Assembly: GCA_039798785.1 (NCBI GenBank)
Contig: JBDKFG010000087.1
Coordinates: forward strand, 1-26,489
Source: Verrucomicrobiota bacterium
Lineage (GTDB): Bacteria > Verrucomicrobiota > Lentisphaeria > Lentisphaerales > Lentisphaeraceae
Reading direction: 5' to 3'
Length of the DNA stretch: 26,489 nucleotides
The stretch's first letter is position 1. Every line of letters starts with the position of its first letter. The notes beneath the pieces were generated by a model, which worked only from the letters and a program-made list of their open reading frames with translations, ran no database searches and was not told where the DNA came from. Shown here in pieces: positions 9,315 to 17,115 of this stretch. The position numbers and the translations under genes are program-made.

Positions 9315-9443
9315 GATTGATTTGCTCCATTTTAAAATTCGACGCAAATACTATCTTCCTAGATGCAGTTCTGCAATGCATAACGAAAGAAATCCACTGC
9401 CTCGAACTGGGTCGTGGTTGAGTCTGGCAGCTCAGTGGTGCGA

Positions 9444-9881
9444 TCAGCTTTGGGAAGATGGAGTGAGACGATTCCATTCTTCTGCAGCCTCCCTTTGCGT
9501 GAGTTTCATCCTTCCAGAAAAACCGCAAATGCAATAAACATGATAACCAGCCCGATTAATTATCTTTACGATCTTAACTGGCCCCGCGCCACACTGAGAG
9601 CATGTAGCCAAGTTGGCTTCAGGACAGTAGTTGGCCTTCTCGTCTAAATATTTAATCATCCAAGGTGCGAGCTTCAGCCCTTCGGCGCTAGCTGCTCGGA
9701 CGTAGGCGGCCTTGCGTGTAGGTTCAATTCTCGCGATGAGATGAGATGTCTTTGTCGGGTCGCTCCCTGCGTGGCGCCCTGCACCGAGGCGGGCACCACC
9801 CCGGGCTTCTTCTTGCCTTTCCACGGGGACGTCATTGGCGATTTTATTGGCTTCTTCAGCTGCGTGGGTCAGTATCTTCAT
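9444..9881 (-). CDS. 145-aa mobile-element protein: RGGxRxGAGR motif, putative ribbon-helix-helix segment and C-terminal Lar-like (restriction alleviation) zinc ribbon
   Basis: RGGARLGAGR; SHLIARIEPTRKAAYVRAASAEGLKLAPWMIKYLD; LATCSQCG...YHVYCICG...TQREAAEEWNR. RBS AAGAAAGG before ATG 9881. The ORF-track TTG start at 9971 is the -35 box. Confidence 0.7.
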   Translation of the reverse strand: MKILTHAAEEANKIANDVPVERQEEARGGARLGAGRHAGSDPTKTSHLIARIEPTRKAAYVRAASAEGLKLAPWMIKYLDEKANYCPEANLATCSQCGAGPVKIVKIINRAGYHVYCICGFSGRMKLTQREAAEEWNRLTPSSQS

Positions 9882-9942
9882 GAGGGGGACCTTTCTTGGT
9901 GCCGGGTGCCGTCCGGTCGGTTCGGGCTTCTGCCCATGACCC

Positions 9943-9984
9943 AGCTTACCCCTGATTTGATTTATTGTCAATACAAATAATCAA
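9943..9984 (-). promoter_or_regulatory. Sigma70-type promoter TTGACA-N17-TAAGCT with an overlapping imperfect inverted repeat (candidate operator)
   Basis: -35 at 9971-9966, -10 at 9948-9943, spacer exactly 17 nt. TTGATTATTTG...CAATAAATCAA overlaps the -35. Confidence 0.7.
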
Positions 9985-10303
9985 AAAACACCCCCTCGGT
10001 TCTGATGAGTCAAAGATCACGGCGAGGGCACGGAATCGGAGTGCGACTGGCGGGCTGGCCATGGCCGGGCTTCTCGTAGATGGGCTTGCTGGTGAGGTGG
10101 CCTTGTCAAGGCGAAAGACGAGCTTGTCGACTTCGGCGCTCGGCGCGCTGGGAGATATGGTCGCGCTACAGTGCGGCTTTGCTTGCCATCGCAGCCTTCA
10201 TGATGACGAAATTTCCTGCCGGCATCTTGACTAGGTTCTCTCTTGGAGTTAGCTGTTGCCTGTGACACTTCACCCTGTGTCGTCAAGCTAGGAACTGCCC
10301 CAG

Positions 10304-12280
10304 ATGCCAACGACATCAAAACCACCTTCATCAGCTTCATCCTCATACGAAGTCAATAAGAATATCCATAAGCTATGGGTGGAGTCTTATTCGTATTTGT
10401 TTTTGACGAATGGCTGGAAAATGAACTGGGACCTGACCTCACTCCCGCTTTTAGAAACCTACTTCATTTTAAGATCTAGAGGACTTCTGTCCTGTAGAAC
10501 TCCATATGGCCCCATCGACGAATCACATTCTGTTGATTATGCAAAAAAGCTCTCCAAGAGCGATATATACTTGGGTATTAAATCTCCATTCACAAAGACT
10601 AAAGCCAATGAGATCATCGACCAAGATGTCATCCCATTTATCGATTATCTCATAGCCACAGGCCAAACGCCGATTTATTACAAGAGTGAATTCCTTGATC
10701 TAATATTCGTTGATTTGAGGATGAAAATATACAAGAAAAAGTTCTATTTTGTGACATGTATAACTCCTTATCAGTTTTGTAAATATATCGCGACACCCAA
10801 AATGTCCGAGACCCTAAGTCCAAATGAAGTGGATGAAGAAGTGAGTTCGGATGCAGCGCCTATGTCAGTATTGCCTGACGACTTGCAGGTCGACAAAGTC
10901 GCAGAGTTAGATGTCGATACACTCTGTCTCGAAACCATCGAACAACTGAAAGAGCTGAAAGTCATCCTGAAAGAATTCATAAAAAATCCTTGGGAAATTA
11001 AGTTTGGGCCGCAACAAAACCCATACCTTTCAATCTTTTTAAACGCGATTAACCATCCGCCTGATAGCCAGCAACCGCTTCAGCTTCCATTTACCTATAC
11101 TAAAATTCTTAAATTATGCGAACTTAAAGGCGATACACTAGACGCTCATACTTATGTTAACAACCCTAGAGAGGCGCGAATTCACTCTAATGCGAAAGAT
11201 ATTATTTCGTCATGTGTGCGGGATCTAATTACTGATGATTCAATCGCTAAAAAAGTTCAAAAGTTTATCAGTTGTGACGAATTAAAAAATTATTCCAGCT
11301 GCCTAAGAATGAACAAAGGTTCAGTTGAGAACCCCGCTGAATTATCCATCATTCAAGTCTTACAAATGATTAATGACAGCAAGGTTTTTGACTGTATTAA
11401 TCTCATGCCATACGTCAAAAAAGATAACGTCAATGATTTGCGAACAGCTCTAGAACTTCTTGTTTTATATAAGCTTGAGGTGGAGAGGGGGTTCCTAACT
11501 GCTTACATGGATAAAGTCATATGTAATTCACTCATGGACAAGTCGATATTTAACACCAAGAGTTTTTACGCCTTTGAGGTGACAGCAGTGATTTTGCTGA
11601 TTAAAAGCAGGAGGCTGATCGAGGTGTCAGAAATATATACGGATAGAAAGTATTATTTGCCATTGTTGAATTTTATCACTGATAGACTCTCTGATCTAAA
11701 TCCCGTTTATGAATCATTTAACGCTAATTTGGACGCGGCGATCCGTCGTCTTCCAGCGGCTAATAGCAAGCCAAAATTTACACAGAAGGATTTACAGAGA
11801 TCATTGTTAGTCCCTACATTGAGCGACGGTTTTATAAGTTCACTGGATCTTTCCTTGGATGGAGTTGATTACGAAATTGATACGGCTAGAGTTTTAATTA
11901 AGGAGAGCTCTGGAGTCATCAAGTCAAGTTTTCATGATTATTTAAAAAGGTGCTGCAAATCCGCGAAAAAAAACCTCGTTCAATTATCTCCCAATGGAAC
12001 CCTTGTTTTTTATTGCGTGACATCGGTACGCCCAACTGAAGACCAGCAGAGTCTCAAAGATCTTCTTGAGCAATATTTTGAAATCGATAAAAAATGTAAA
12101 CTCACTACAAACAAGCGATTAAATATCAAAATTGAATTAAGACGTGAGCTTGGGTGGGAAGCCGAATTCAGAGGATTCAATGATAAAGAAGAAATAACTA
12201 ATATGCTTAATGAATACAGTGAATGCGAACGTTCGCCCAAAACAAAGTCTATAAAAGCTACGAACCCCCGATATGATTAG
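10304..12280 (+). CDS. Large AT-rich hypothetical protein (up to 658 aa; alternative start ATG 10421)
   Basis: A 2-kb uninterrupted ORF in AT-rich DNA is unlikely by chance. No family motif recognised. The 3' end overlaps the integrase 3' end by 23 nt. Confidence 0.75.
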   Translation: MPTTSKPPSSASSSYEVNKNIHKLWVESYSYLFLTNGWKMNWDLTSLPLLETYFILRSRGLLSCRTPYGPIDESHSVDYAKKLSKSDIYLGIKSPFTKTKANEIIDQDVIPFIDYLIATGQTPIYYKSEFLDLIFVDLRMKIYKKKFYFVTCITPYQFCKYIATPKMSETLSPNEVDEEVSSDAAPMSVLPDDLQVDKVAELDVDTLCLETIEQLKELKVILKEFIKNPWEIKFGPQQNPYLSIFLNAINHPPDSQQPLQLPFTYTKILKLCELKGDTLDAHTYVNNPREARIHSNAKDIISSCVRDLITDDSIAKKVQKFISCDELKNYSSCLRMNKGSVENPAELSIIQVLQMINDSKVFDCINLMPYVKKDNVNDLRTALELLVLYKLEVERGFLTAYMDKVICNSLMDKSIFNTKSFYAFEVTAVILLIKSRRLIEVSEIYTDRKYYLPLLNFITDRLSDLNPVYESFNANLDAAIRRLPAANSKPKFTQKDLQRSLLVPTLSDGFISSLDLSLDGVDYEIDTARVLIKESSGVIKSSFHDYLKRCCKSAKKNLVQLSPNGTLVFYCVTSVRPTEDQQSLKDLLEQYFEIDKKCKLTTNKRLNIKIELRRELGWEAEFRGFNDKEEITNMLNEYSECERSPKTKSIKATNPRYD

Positions 12281-13646
12281 CCAGCATCCTCGCCAGGTAT
12301 TCAATCTGGTCGGCAGGTAGCTTCTTCAAAGTCTCCAGGTACTCGCCAACTCCGACGGGCTGTTCGACTGAGCTGGAGATTTTTTCGTACTTGACCTTCT
12401 TCTTGCCGGAGGAATCCCCGAGCAGGTCAGGCATGTTCTCAAGATGTCGCCGGGTCGCGTCGAGGTTCGCATGGCGAGCGTAGCGCATGGTCATCTCCGC
12501 GTCCATGTGACCGACGATCTCCTGAATGATGGCCAAAGGCACCTTGTGGTCAGCGGCGTTCCAGACGAAGCTGTGCCGCAGGCTGTGGAGGTCCTTGCAG
12601 ACGAATTTCCGGCTTCGTCCCGGCACCGTGCGGTAGCGGTCGATCTTGAGCCGTTCGAGTAGCTGGGCAAAGGGCGTAGAGATCGAGGCCGAGCGCTTGT
12701 AGTTCGCCGCCAACACGGGGAAGACGAAAGAACCTCTCCTGGGCAGGGCCTTGAGGTAGCTCATCAGGGGCGGCAGGATCGGGATCTGGACGACCCTCTT
12801 GGTCTTGTTCATCGTGCGGAAGATGGCCTCAGATTCGAACTTGATGTCCGACCACAGCAGGGTGCAGATGTCGCCCTTGCGGAGGCCCGTGTAGAGACCG
12901 ACGAAGACCAGAGGCCGCAAGGTGTCTTCGTGCTCAGGGGCTTTGACGGCTTCGATGATCTTGGTGATCTCCTCTCGCTCGAAGGCGTCGCGCCGCTGGC
13001 TTTTGGTTCGCTTGAGCTTGGGGACTTTCTCAAAAGGGTTGACTGTCAGGCAGGCCTTCTCCATCGAGTAGCCGAAGACCATGCCGAGATTCTGGATGTA
13101 GGCGTTGACTGAAGTGCCGCTCAGGGGGTCCTTCTTGGTCTTGGCTTTGACGCCAGCGCGGACATCCCTGGTGCCGGCCTTGACATGGTTGATGTAGGCT
13201 TCGGCGTCCTGCTTGGTGACACTGGAAACGCTGGCGTAGTTCCGCTCCTGCGTCGCCCAAGCTGCGAAGTCATCCCAGAGGCTTTTGACGCGGCGGTCAT
13301 ACTTCTCCGCTGTGGCCACGGTTTTCCCCGTCATGTAGAGCCTGTAGGCATCGTCGAAGGTGACAGGCTGCGCTTTCAGTCGCATCTCCCGGATGGTCTC
13401 GTTGAGCTTCTCGATCTTGCCTGAGCGAAGCTCCGGGATGCGAGAGTCGACGACCCACTTCTCGGCCTGCTTGCGGTCGGTGCAGCCGGTCGAGCGGCGC
13501 AACTCCTCACCGTTGATGAAGACCTTGTAATAGTACACTCCATTTTCGCGGCGATAGAGCGAGCCTTCGCCGTACTTGAATTTGCCCTTGACGCGCCCCT
13601 TCTTCGGCGCTAGCGTCTTGGGGTCTGGATTAGGGATCTTGGCCAT
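12258..13646 (-). CDS. int: Tyrosine recombinase / site-specific integrase (462 aa)
   Basis: N-terminal arm-binding-like GEGSLYRR..G.YYY...RRSTG. Catalytic signature YTGLRKGD...KTK...HSLRH...VGH...MTMRY. Confidence 0.93.
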   Translation of the reverse strand: MAKIPNPDPKTLAPKKGRVKGKFKYGEGSLYRRENGVYYYKVFINGEELRRSTGCTDRKQAEKWVVDSRIPELRSGKIEKLNETIREMRLKAQPVTFDDAYRLYMTGKTVATAEKYDRRVKSLWDDFAAWATQERNYASVSSVTKQDAEAYINHVKAGTRDVRAGVKAKTKKDPLSGTSVNAYIQNLGMVFGYSMEKACLTVNPFEKVPKLKRTKSQRRDAFEREEITKIIEAVKAPEHEDTLRPLVFVGLYTGLRKGDICTLLWSDIKFESEAIFRTMNKTKRVVQIPILPPLMSYLKALPRRGSFVFPVLAANYKRSASISTPFAQLLERLKIDRYRTVPGRSRKFVCKDLHSLRHSFVWNAADHKVPLAIIQEIVGHMDAEMTMRYARHANLDATRRHLENMPDLLGDSSGKKKVKYEKISSSVEQPVGVGEYLETLKKLPADQIEYLARMLANHIGGS

Positions 13647-13842
13647 GGGAAGGAACTCCGGTGCTTGTGCTTGCCAAGCAAGTGTACACCTGTTACCACT
13701 TTGTGTCCAGAGTCGATTTCAATGAAGGGTAATGAACCAGGGTGAAAGACTGTGAAGAATTCCTGCAACCACTTACGATTCAGTAGCAATGAAGCCAGCG
13801 AGTCAAGCTCAGATATGTCTGGCTTGCTGTGTTCGTCGCTCA

Positions 13843-14066
13843 TCGTCGCGAAGCGACGGTGTGAGTGTAGCCGGGGGTTTTAACCCCCGGATAGGATCGC
13901 AAGGGAATTGCCGTCGCGCAGCGACAGGATGACATTTCAGCGATGGCGACTCAAACGGCATCCCAAGCGCATCTGTCACCGCGTCGCTGCCGCGATGCCG
14001 AATTCCTCCCCACGCGCACCGGGGGTTGAAACCCCCGGCTACAATCATTCTGTCGCTTCGCGACGA
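13843..14066. repeat. REPIN-like element: inverted pair of GTAG-type REPs
   Basis: Left arm TCGTCGCGAAGCGAC-N9-GTAGCCGGGGGTTTTAACCCCCGG. The right arm is its reverse complement, CCGGGGGTTGAAACCCCCGGCTAC-N9-GTCGCTTCGCGACGA. Confidence 0.8.
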
Positions 14067-14086
14067 GCTGCAGAGCGCGTAACTCA

Positions 14087-14228
14087 AACTGTGCTCGATC
14101 TGGACTTGCACAGGTCGAATCTTTTCGACCTGTCTCACTCGGATTTCAGGATCACAGCTTAGGGAGTTAGGGAACTGGGGAGTAAGGGAGTGTTTTGACT
14201 CCCCAACTCCCTCCTCCCTGACTCCCTG
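14087..14228. repeat. Two adjacent hairpins: ACAGGTCGAA/TTCGACCTGT core, then inverted arrays of 8-nt repeats (RGGGAGT. x4 / ACTCCC.. x4)
   Basis: Read directly at 14110-14133 and 14161-14228. Confidence 0.7.
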
Positions 14229-14345
14229 AAAAGCTTGAATACATCTCAGTCCAAGCTCAATTCGGTGTGATACACGTCGAATCTTTTTCATCGCCCATTT
14301 CGCAATCCCTCCTTCGGCATACCTTTGGGGCTTTCCGGAATCCCC

Positions 14346-15809
14346 ATGCACACTCTCGAAAGCCTTCCCTTCAGCAGTTTCTACGCCGCGCTCGGCCCCG
14401 AGTTCGGCGCAGCTCTCGACCCCGACGGTTATGAAGACGCGTCTTTGGTCGCCTTCAACGATGCCGTGGCCGGGCTGATCGGCTTGGATGCCCGAGAAGC
14501 GAAGCGGCAGGAGATGGCGCTTTTCTGTGGTGGCGCCTGGATTCCCGCCTCGGCCCGCCCTTTCGCCCAGGTCTATGCCGGCCACCAGTTCGGCGGCTGG
14601 TCCTGGCGCCTCGGCGACGGCCGCGGCCTTCTCCTCGGGGAATTGCCGGCGACGGACGGGAAAATCTACGACCTCCACCTCAAAGGCGCCGGCCTGACCC
14701 CCTGGTCGCGGATGGGTGACGGCCGCGCCGTCTTGCGTTCGACCCTGCGCGAATTTATTGGCGGCGAAGCTTTGTTCGCCCTGGGCGTCCCTTCGACCCG
14801 CGCCTTGGCTTTTGCTGTTTCCTCCCAGCCGGTGCAGCGCGAAACTCTCGAGCCCGGCGCCATGCTCCTGCGCCTCGCCCGCACTCACATCCGCTTCGGC
14901 AGTTTCGAATATTTCGCCCACAATCAGATGCCGGAGCAGCGCGACCGGCTCCTCCGCCATGTTCTCGAACGCCATTATCCCGATGCGGCGAAGCTGTCCC
15001 TCGCCGAAGGAGCCGCCCACCTCTTCCGGGCCGCGGTGCGCAGCAGCGCCGAGATGGTCGCTGGCTGGCAGGCCGTCGGCTTCGTCCATGGTGTGATGAA
15101 CACCGACAACATGTCGATCCTCGGTGAAAGCTTCGACTTCGGCCCTTACGCCTTTCTCGATTCCTACGATCCCGAGGCCTGCCCCAACCACTCCGATCCG
15201 CAGGGGCGCTATCGTTTTTCCAACCAGCCGGCAATCACCTTCTGGAATCTCAAATGCCTGGCAGCGGCCCTCTTGCCGGTCCTCGACAAGGCTGATGCGG
15301 TCGCGGCGCTGGAGGACTTCGCGTCGATCTATCACGACGCCTGGGCGCGGCGTTTTGCCCTGCGCCTCGGCTTCCGCCATGCTTCCGAGATCAGCACCGC
15401 ACTGGCCCAGGCCTGGCTTGCCCTCTTGGCCCGGCACCGCGCCGACTTCGCCCTTTGCTTCCGCCGCCTTTCTTCCGCGAGCAACGAAATCGACCCGCTC
15501 CTCCAAGCCCAGATCCCCGAGGACGCCGCCCTTCTCGCCTGGTGGCAGGATTGGCGCCAGGCTTTGCGGGAATGCGGCGATGACGATGAAACCTTGCAAG
15601 CCCGGCTTGATGCAGTCAATCCGCTCTACCTGCCGCGCTCCTGGATCCTGCAGGAAGCCATTGATGCCGCCGCCAGGGGCGACTTCCAGCCGGTGCGAGA
15701 TCTCCTCCATCGCAGCCAGAATCCCTTTGTCGCCATCCCCGGCGCTGATCGCTATTCTCTGCCGCCGGAGCCCTCGCAAAGCTGCTCTGAACTCTCCTGC
15801 TCTTCATAA
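14346..15809 (+). CDS. selO: Protein adenylyltransferase SelO (YdiU/UPF0061 family)
   Basis: AQVYAGHQFG, LGDGRG, LHLKGAGLTPWSRMGDGRAVLRS, GFVHGVMNTDNMSI, DFGPY and C-terminal SCSS. ATG at 14346. Confidence 0.95.
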   Translation: MHTLESLPFSSFYAALGPEFGAALDPDGYEDASLVAFNDAVAGLIGLDAREAKRQEMALFCGGAWIPASARPFAQVYAGHQFGGWSWRLGDGRGLLLGELPATDGKIYDLHLKGAGLTPWSRMGDGRAVLRSTLREFIGGEALFALGVPSTRALAFAVSSQPVQRETLEPGAMLLRLARTHIRFGSFEYFAHNQMPEQRDRLLRHVLERHYPDAAKLSLAEGAAHLFRAAVRSSAEMVAGWQAVGFVHGVMNTDNMSILGESFDFGPYAFLDSYDPEACPNHSDPQGRYRFSNQPAITFWNLKCLAAALLPVLDKADAVAALEDFASIYHDAWARRFALRLGFRHASEISTALAQAWLALLARHRADFALCFRRLSSASNEIDPLLQAQIPEDAALLAWWQDWRQALRECGDDDETLQARLDAVNPLYLPRSWILQEAIDAAARGDFQPVRDLLHRSQNPFVAIPGADRYSLPPEPSQSCSELSCSS

Positions 15810-15827
15810 ACCCCGAGGTTTTTGCAT

Positions 15828-16178
15828 ATGACTTTGATCTTGATGGTCCATGGCAGCCGGGTCGGCGCCACCAGCCAGGAACTCGACGCTCTCGCGGCTC
15901 AGCTGGCGAGCGGCAGCGGCGTAGCCGTCACCACCGCCTACATGGAGCTTCAGCGGCCCAGTCTGGAGGAACGCATTGCCGAGCTTGCCGGGCATGGAGA
16001 AAGGCGTATTCGCATCCTGCCGCTGTTCATCCTTGCCGGGCGTCATGCGATGGAGGACATCCCGGCCCAGGTCGAGCTTTGTCGCCGCCGCTTTCCGGAA
16101 TTGGAAGTCGAACTTGCGCCGCATCTCGGGGCACAGCCGGCCTTTGCGAAGGCTCTGATTGACATCGCCTGCGGCTAA
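15828..16178 (+). CDS. cbiX: Single-domain sirohydrochlorin chelatase (short CbiX/SirB family)
   Basis: HGSR, AYME..P and PLFILAGRH...DIP motifs; GAGG RBS before ATG 15828. Confidence 0.85.
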   Translation: MTLILMVHGSRVGATSQELDALAAQLASGSGVAVTTAYMELQRPSLEERIAELAGHGERRIRILPLFILAGRHAMEDIPAQVELCRRRFPELEVELAPHLGAQPAFAKALIDIACG

Positions 16179-16231
16179 GCACCTAATCCGACTCCGCCGG
16201 AACCGAAGCCTGCGGCGCGGGACAAGGAGAC

Positions 16232-16280
16232 GCAGGGCTGTCGCCCCGCACCCCGCTTGGGGTCGCGACCCCAAACCCCT
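16232..16280. repeat. GC-rich double hairpin, REP-like
   Basis: GGGCTGTCGCCC followed by the perfect palindrome TTGGGGTCGCGACCCCAA (16257-16274). Confidence 0.45.
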
Positions 16281-16560
16281 TATGAATTGGCGTCGCTGCG
16301 CTCCTGCAGGGACAACCCGTAGCGACTGGTTTTCCCTGACCCTTTCCCGACTTTCGCTCGCAAAGACACCCCAAATTATTCATTTGCTTAGTTTTGTGAT
16401 TATGATACACGGCGTGTATCATGTGACAGGGGGAGCTGCACAAACTCAACTCTCGCCCCCGCGTTCCGCGAGTTTGGTATTTATATTAACAAGAATGGAT
16501 CGCTTAACTGAAGTAAATCTTTTTTAATTTTTATTATTAAGACATGAAAAAGTGGCTGAT

Positions 16561-16767
16561 CCTAAATTCCGCAGCAGCGGAATGGAATCGGGTTGAAAGG
16601 TTGGAAGGAAAACACATGAACAACAGCGATAAATGACGATTCTAGTTCGACCTGCATGACTGCCAGCCGGAGGAGTTGCCGAGCGCCCTCGAACACCATA
16701 ACCTCTTGCTGTTGTAGCTGATTCTTTCAACCTTTGAACCTTCCAACCTTTCAGCTGCGGTTTTGGG
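16561..16767. mobile_element. MITE-like element of about 207 bp with imperfect terminal inverted repeats and a 5-bp flanking direct repeat CTGAT
   Basis: Ends CCTAAATTCCGCAGC...GCTGCGGTTTTGGG. Subterminal inverted 8-mer arrays (TTGAAAGG/TTGGAAGG versus CCTTTGAA/CCTTCCAA). CTGAT at 16556-16560 and 16768-16772. The left end recurs at 26276. Confidence 0.65.
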
Positions 16768-16772
16768 CTGAT

Positions 16773-16807
16773 AAAAAAGGACGACTGCCTCATGATGCAG
16801 TCGTCCT
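16773..16807 (-). terminator. Intrinsic terminator
   Basis: Minus strand AGGACGACTGC-ATCATGAG-GCAGTCGTCCT-TTTTT, about 20 nt after the stop at 16827. Confidence 0.85.
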
Positions 16808-16826
16808 AGCGGGCCGGATGTCGGAA

Positions 16827-16991
16827 TCAGGCGTGCGCGAGCTGGCGCTCTTTCAAGAACTTGTCTTCGTGTTTCTCGATCCAATCCAACAGGGCATCAT
16901 CACCAAGGTCGCGCCCGGCTTTCTCAGACTCAAGCCACTTATGACGATTCATTTCGTCAATCTCGAGCTGGATCAATTCTTCGATGGTCAT
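16827..16991 (-). CDS. 54-aa DUF4032-like small protein (absent from the ORF track)
   Basis: Hand translation: MTIEELIQLEIDEMNRHKWLESEKAGRDLGDDALLDWIEKHEDKFLKERQLAHA. HKWxxSEKAGxDxG...DW motif, AAAGGA RBS and its own terminator. Confidence 0.8.
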   Translation of the reverse strand: MTIEELIQLEIDEMNRHKWLESEKAGRDLGDDALLDWIEKHEDKFLKERQLAHA

Positions 16992-17115
16992 GGTTTCATC
17001 CTTTCGAATCGGGTCGAGCGGCCATCACGGCCTGAACGCACCCGCCATCATTTTACGCGCTCTTGGCATTAATGCAAGTGATTCCTTTTCTGTTTGTCTA
17101 GAGCTGTCGGAGGGA

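Larger units (their letters stand above)
8545..13830. mobile_element. Integrase-flanked genomic island / integrative element (left limit unknown; may extend over the adhesin and beyond position 1)
   Basis: Integrase at the junction with core genes, heterogeneous GC, phage-like and orphan cargo. No att direct repeat could be identified in the window. Confidence 0.55.

Noticed and set aside
10000..10230. Possible gene remnant (AEVDKLVFRL, faintly like type IIG R-M C-termini)
   Set aside because: The similarity is about ten residues with no supporting frame; too weak.
13647..14345. tRNA or tmRNA as integration target
   Set aside because: No T-loop GTTCRA arm with acceptor stem or CCA end could be built on either strand.
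13809..15779. 656-aa minus-strand ORF
   Set aside because: Antisense shadow of selO running through palindromic repeats; typical of high-GC DNA.
15770..15809. Selenocysteine at the SelO C-terminus
   Set aside because: The frame reads TGC TCT GAA CTC TCC TGC TCT TCA TAA: Cys, no in-frame TGA.
13843..16767. CRISPR array among the intergenic repeats
   Set aside because: The repeats are inverted pairs or 8-9-mers, with no regularly spaced direct repeats, unique spacers or cas genes.
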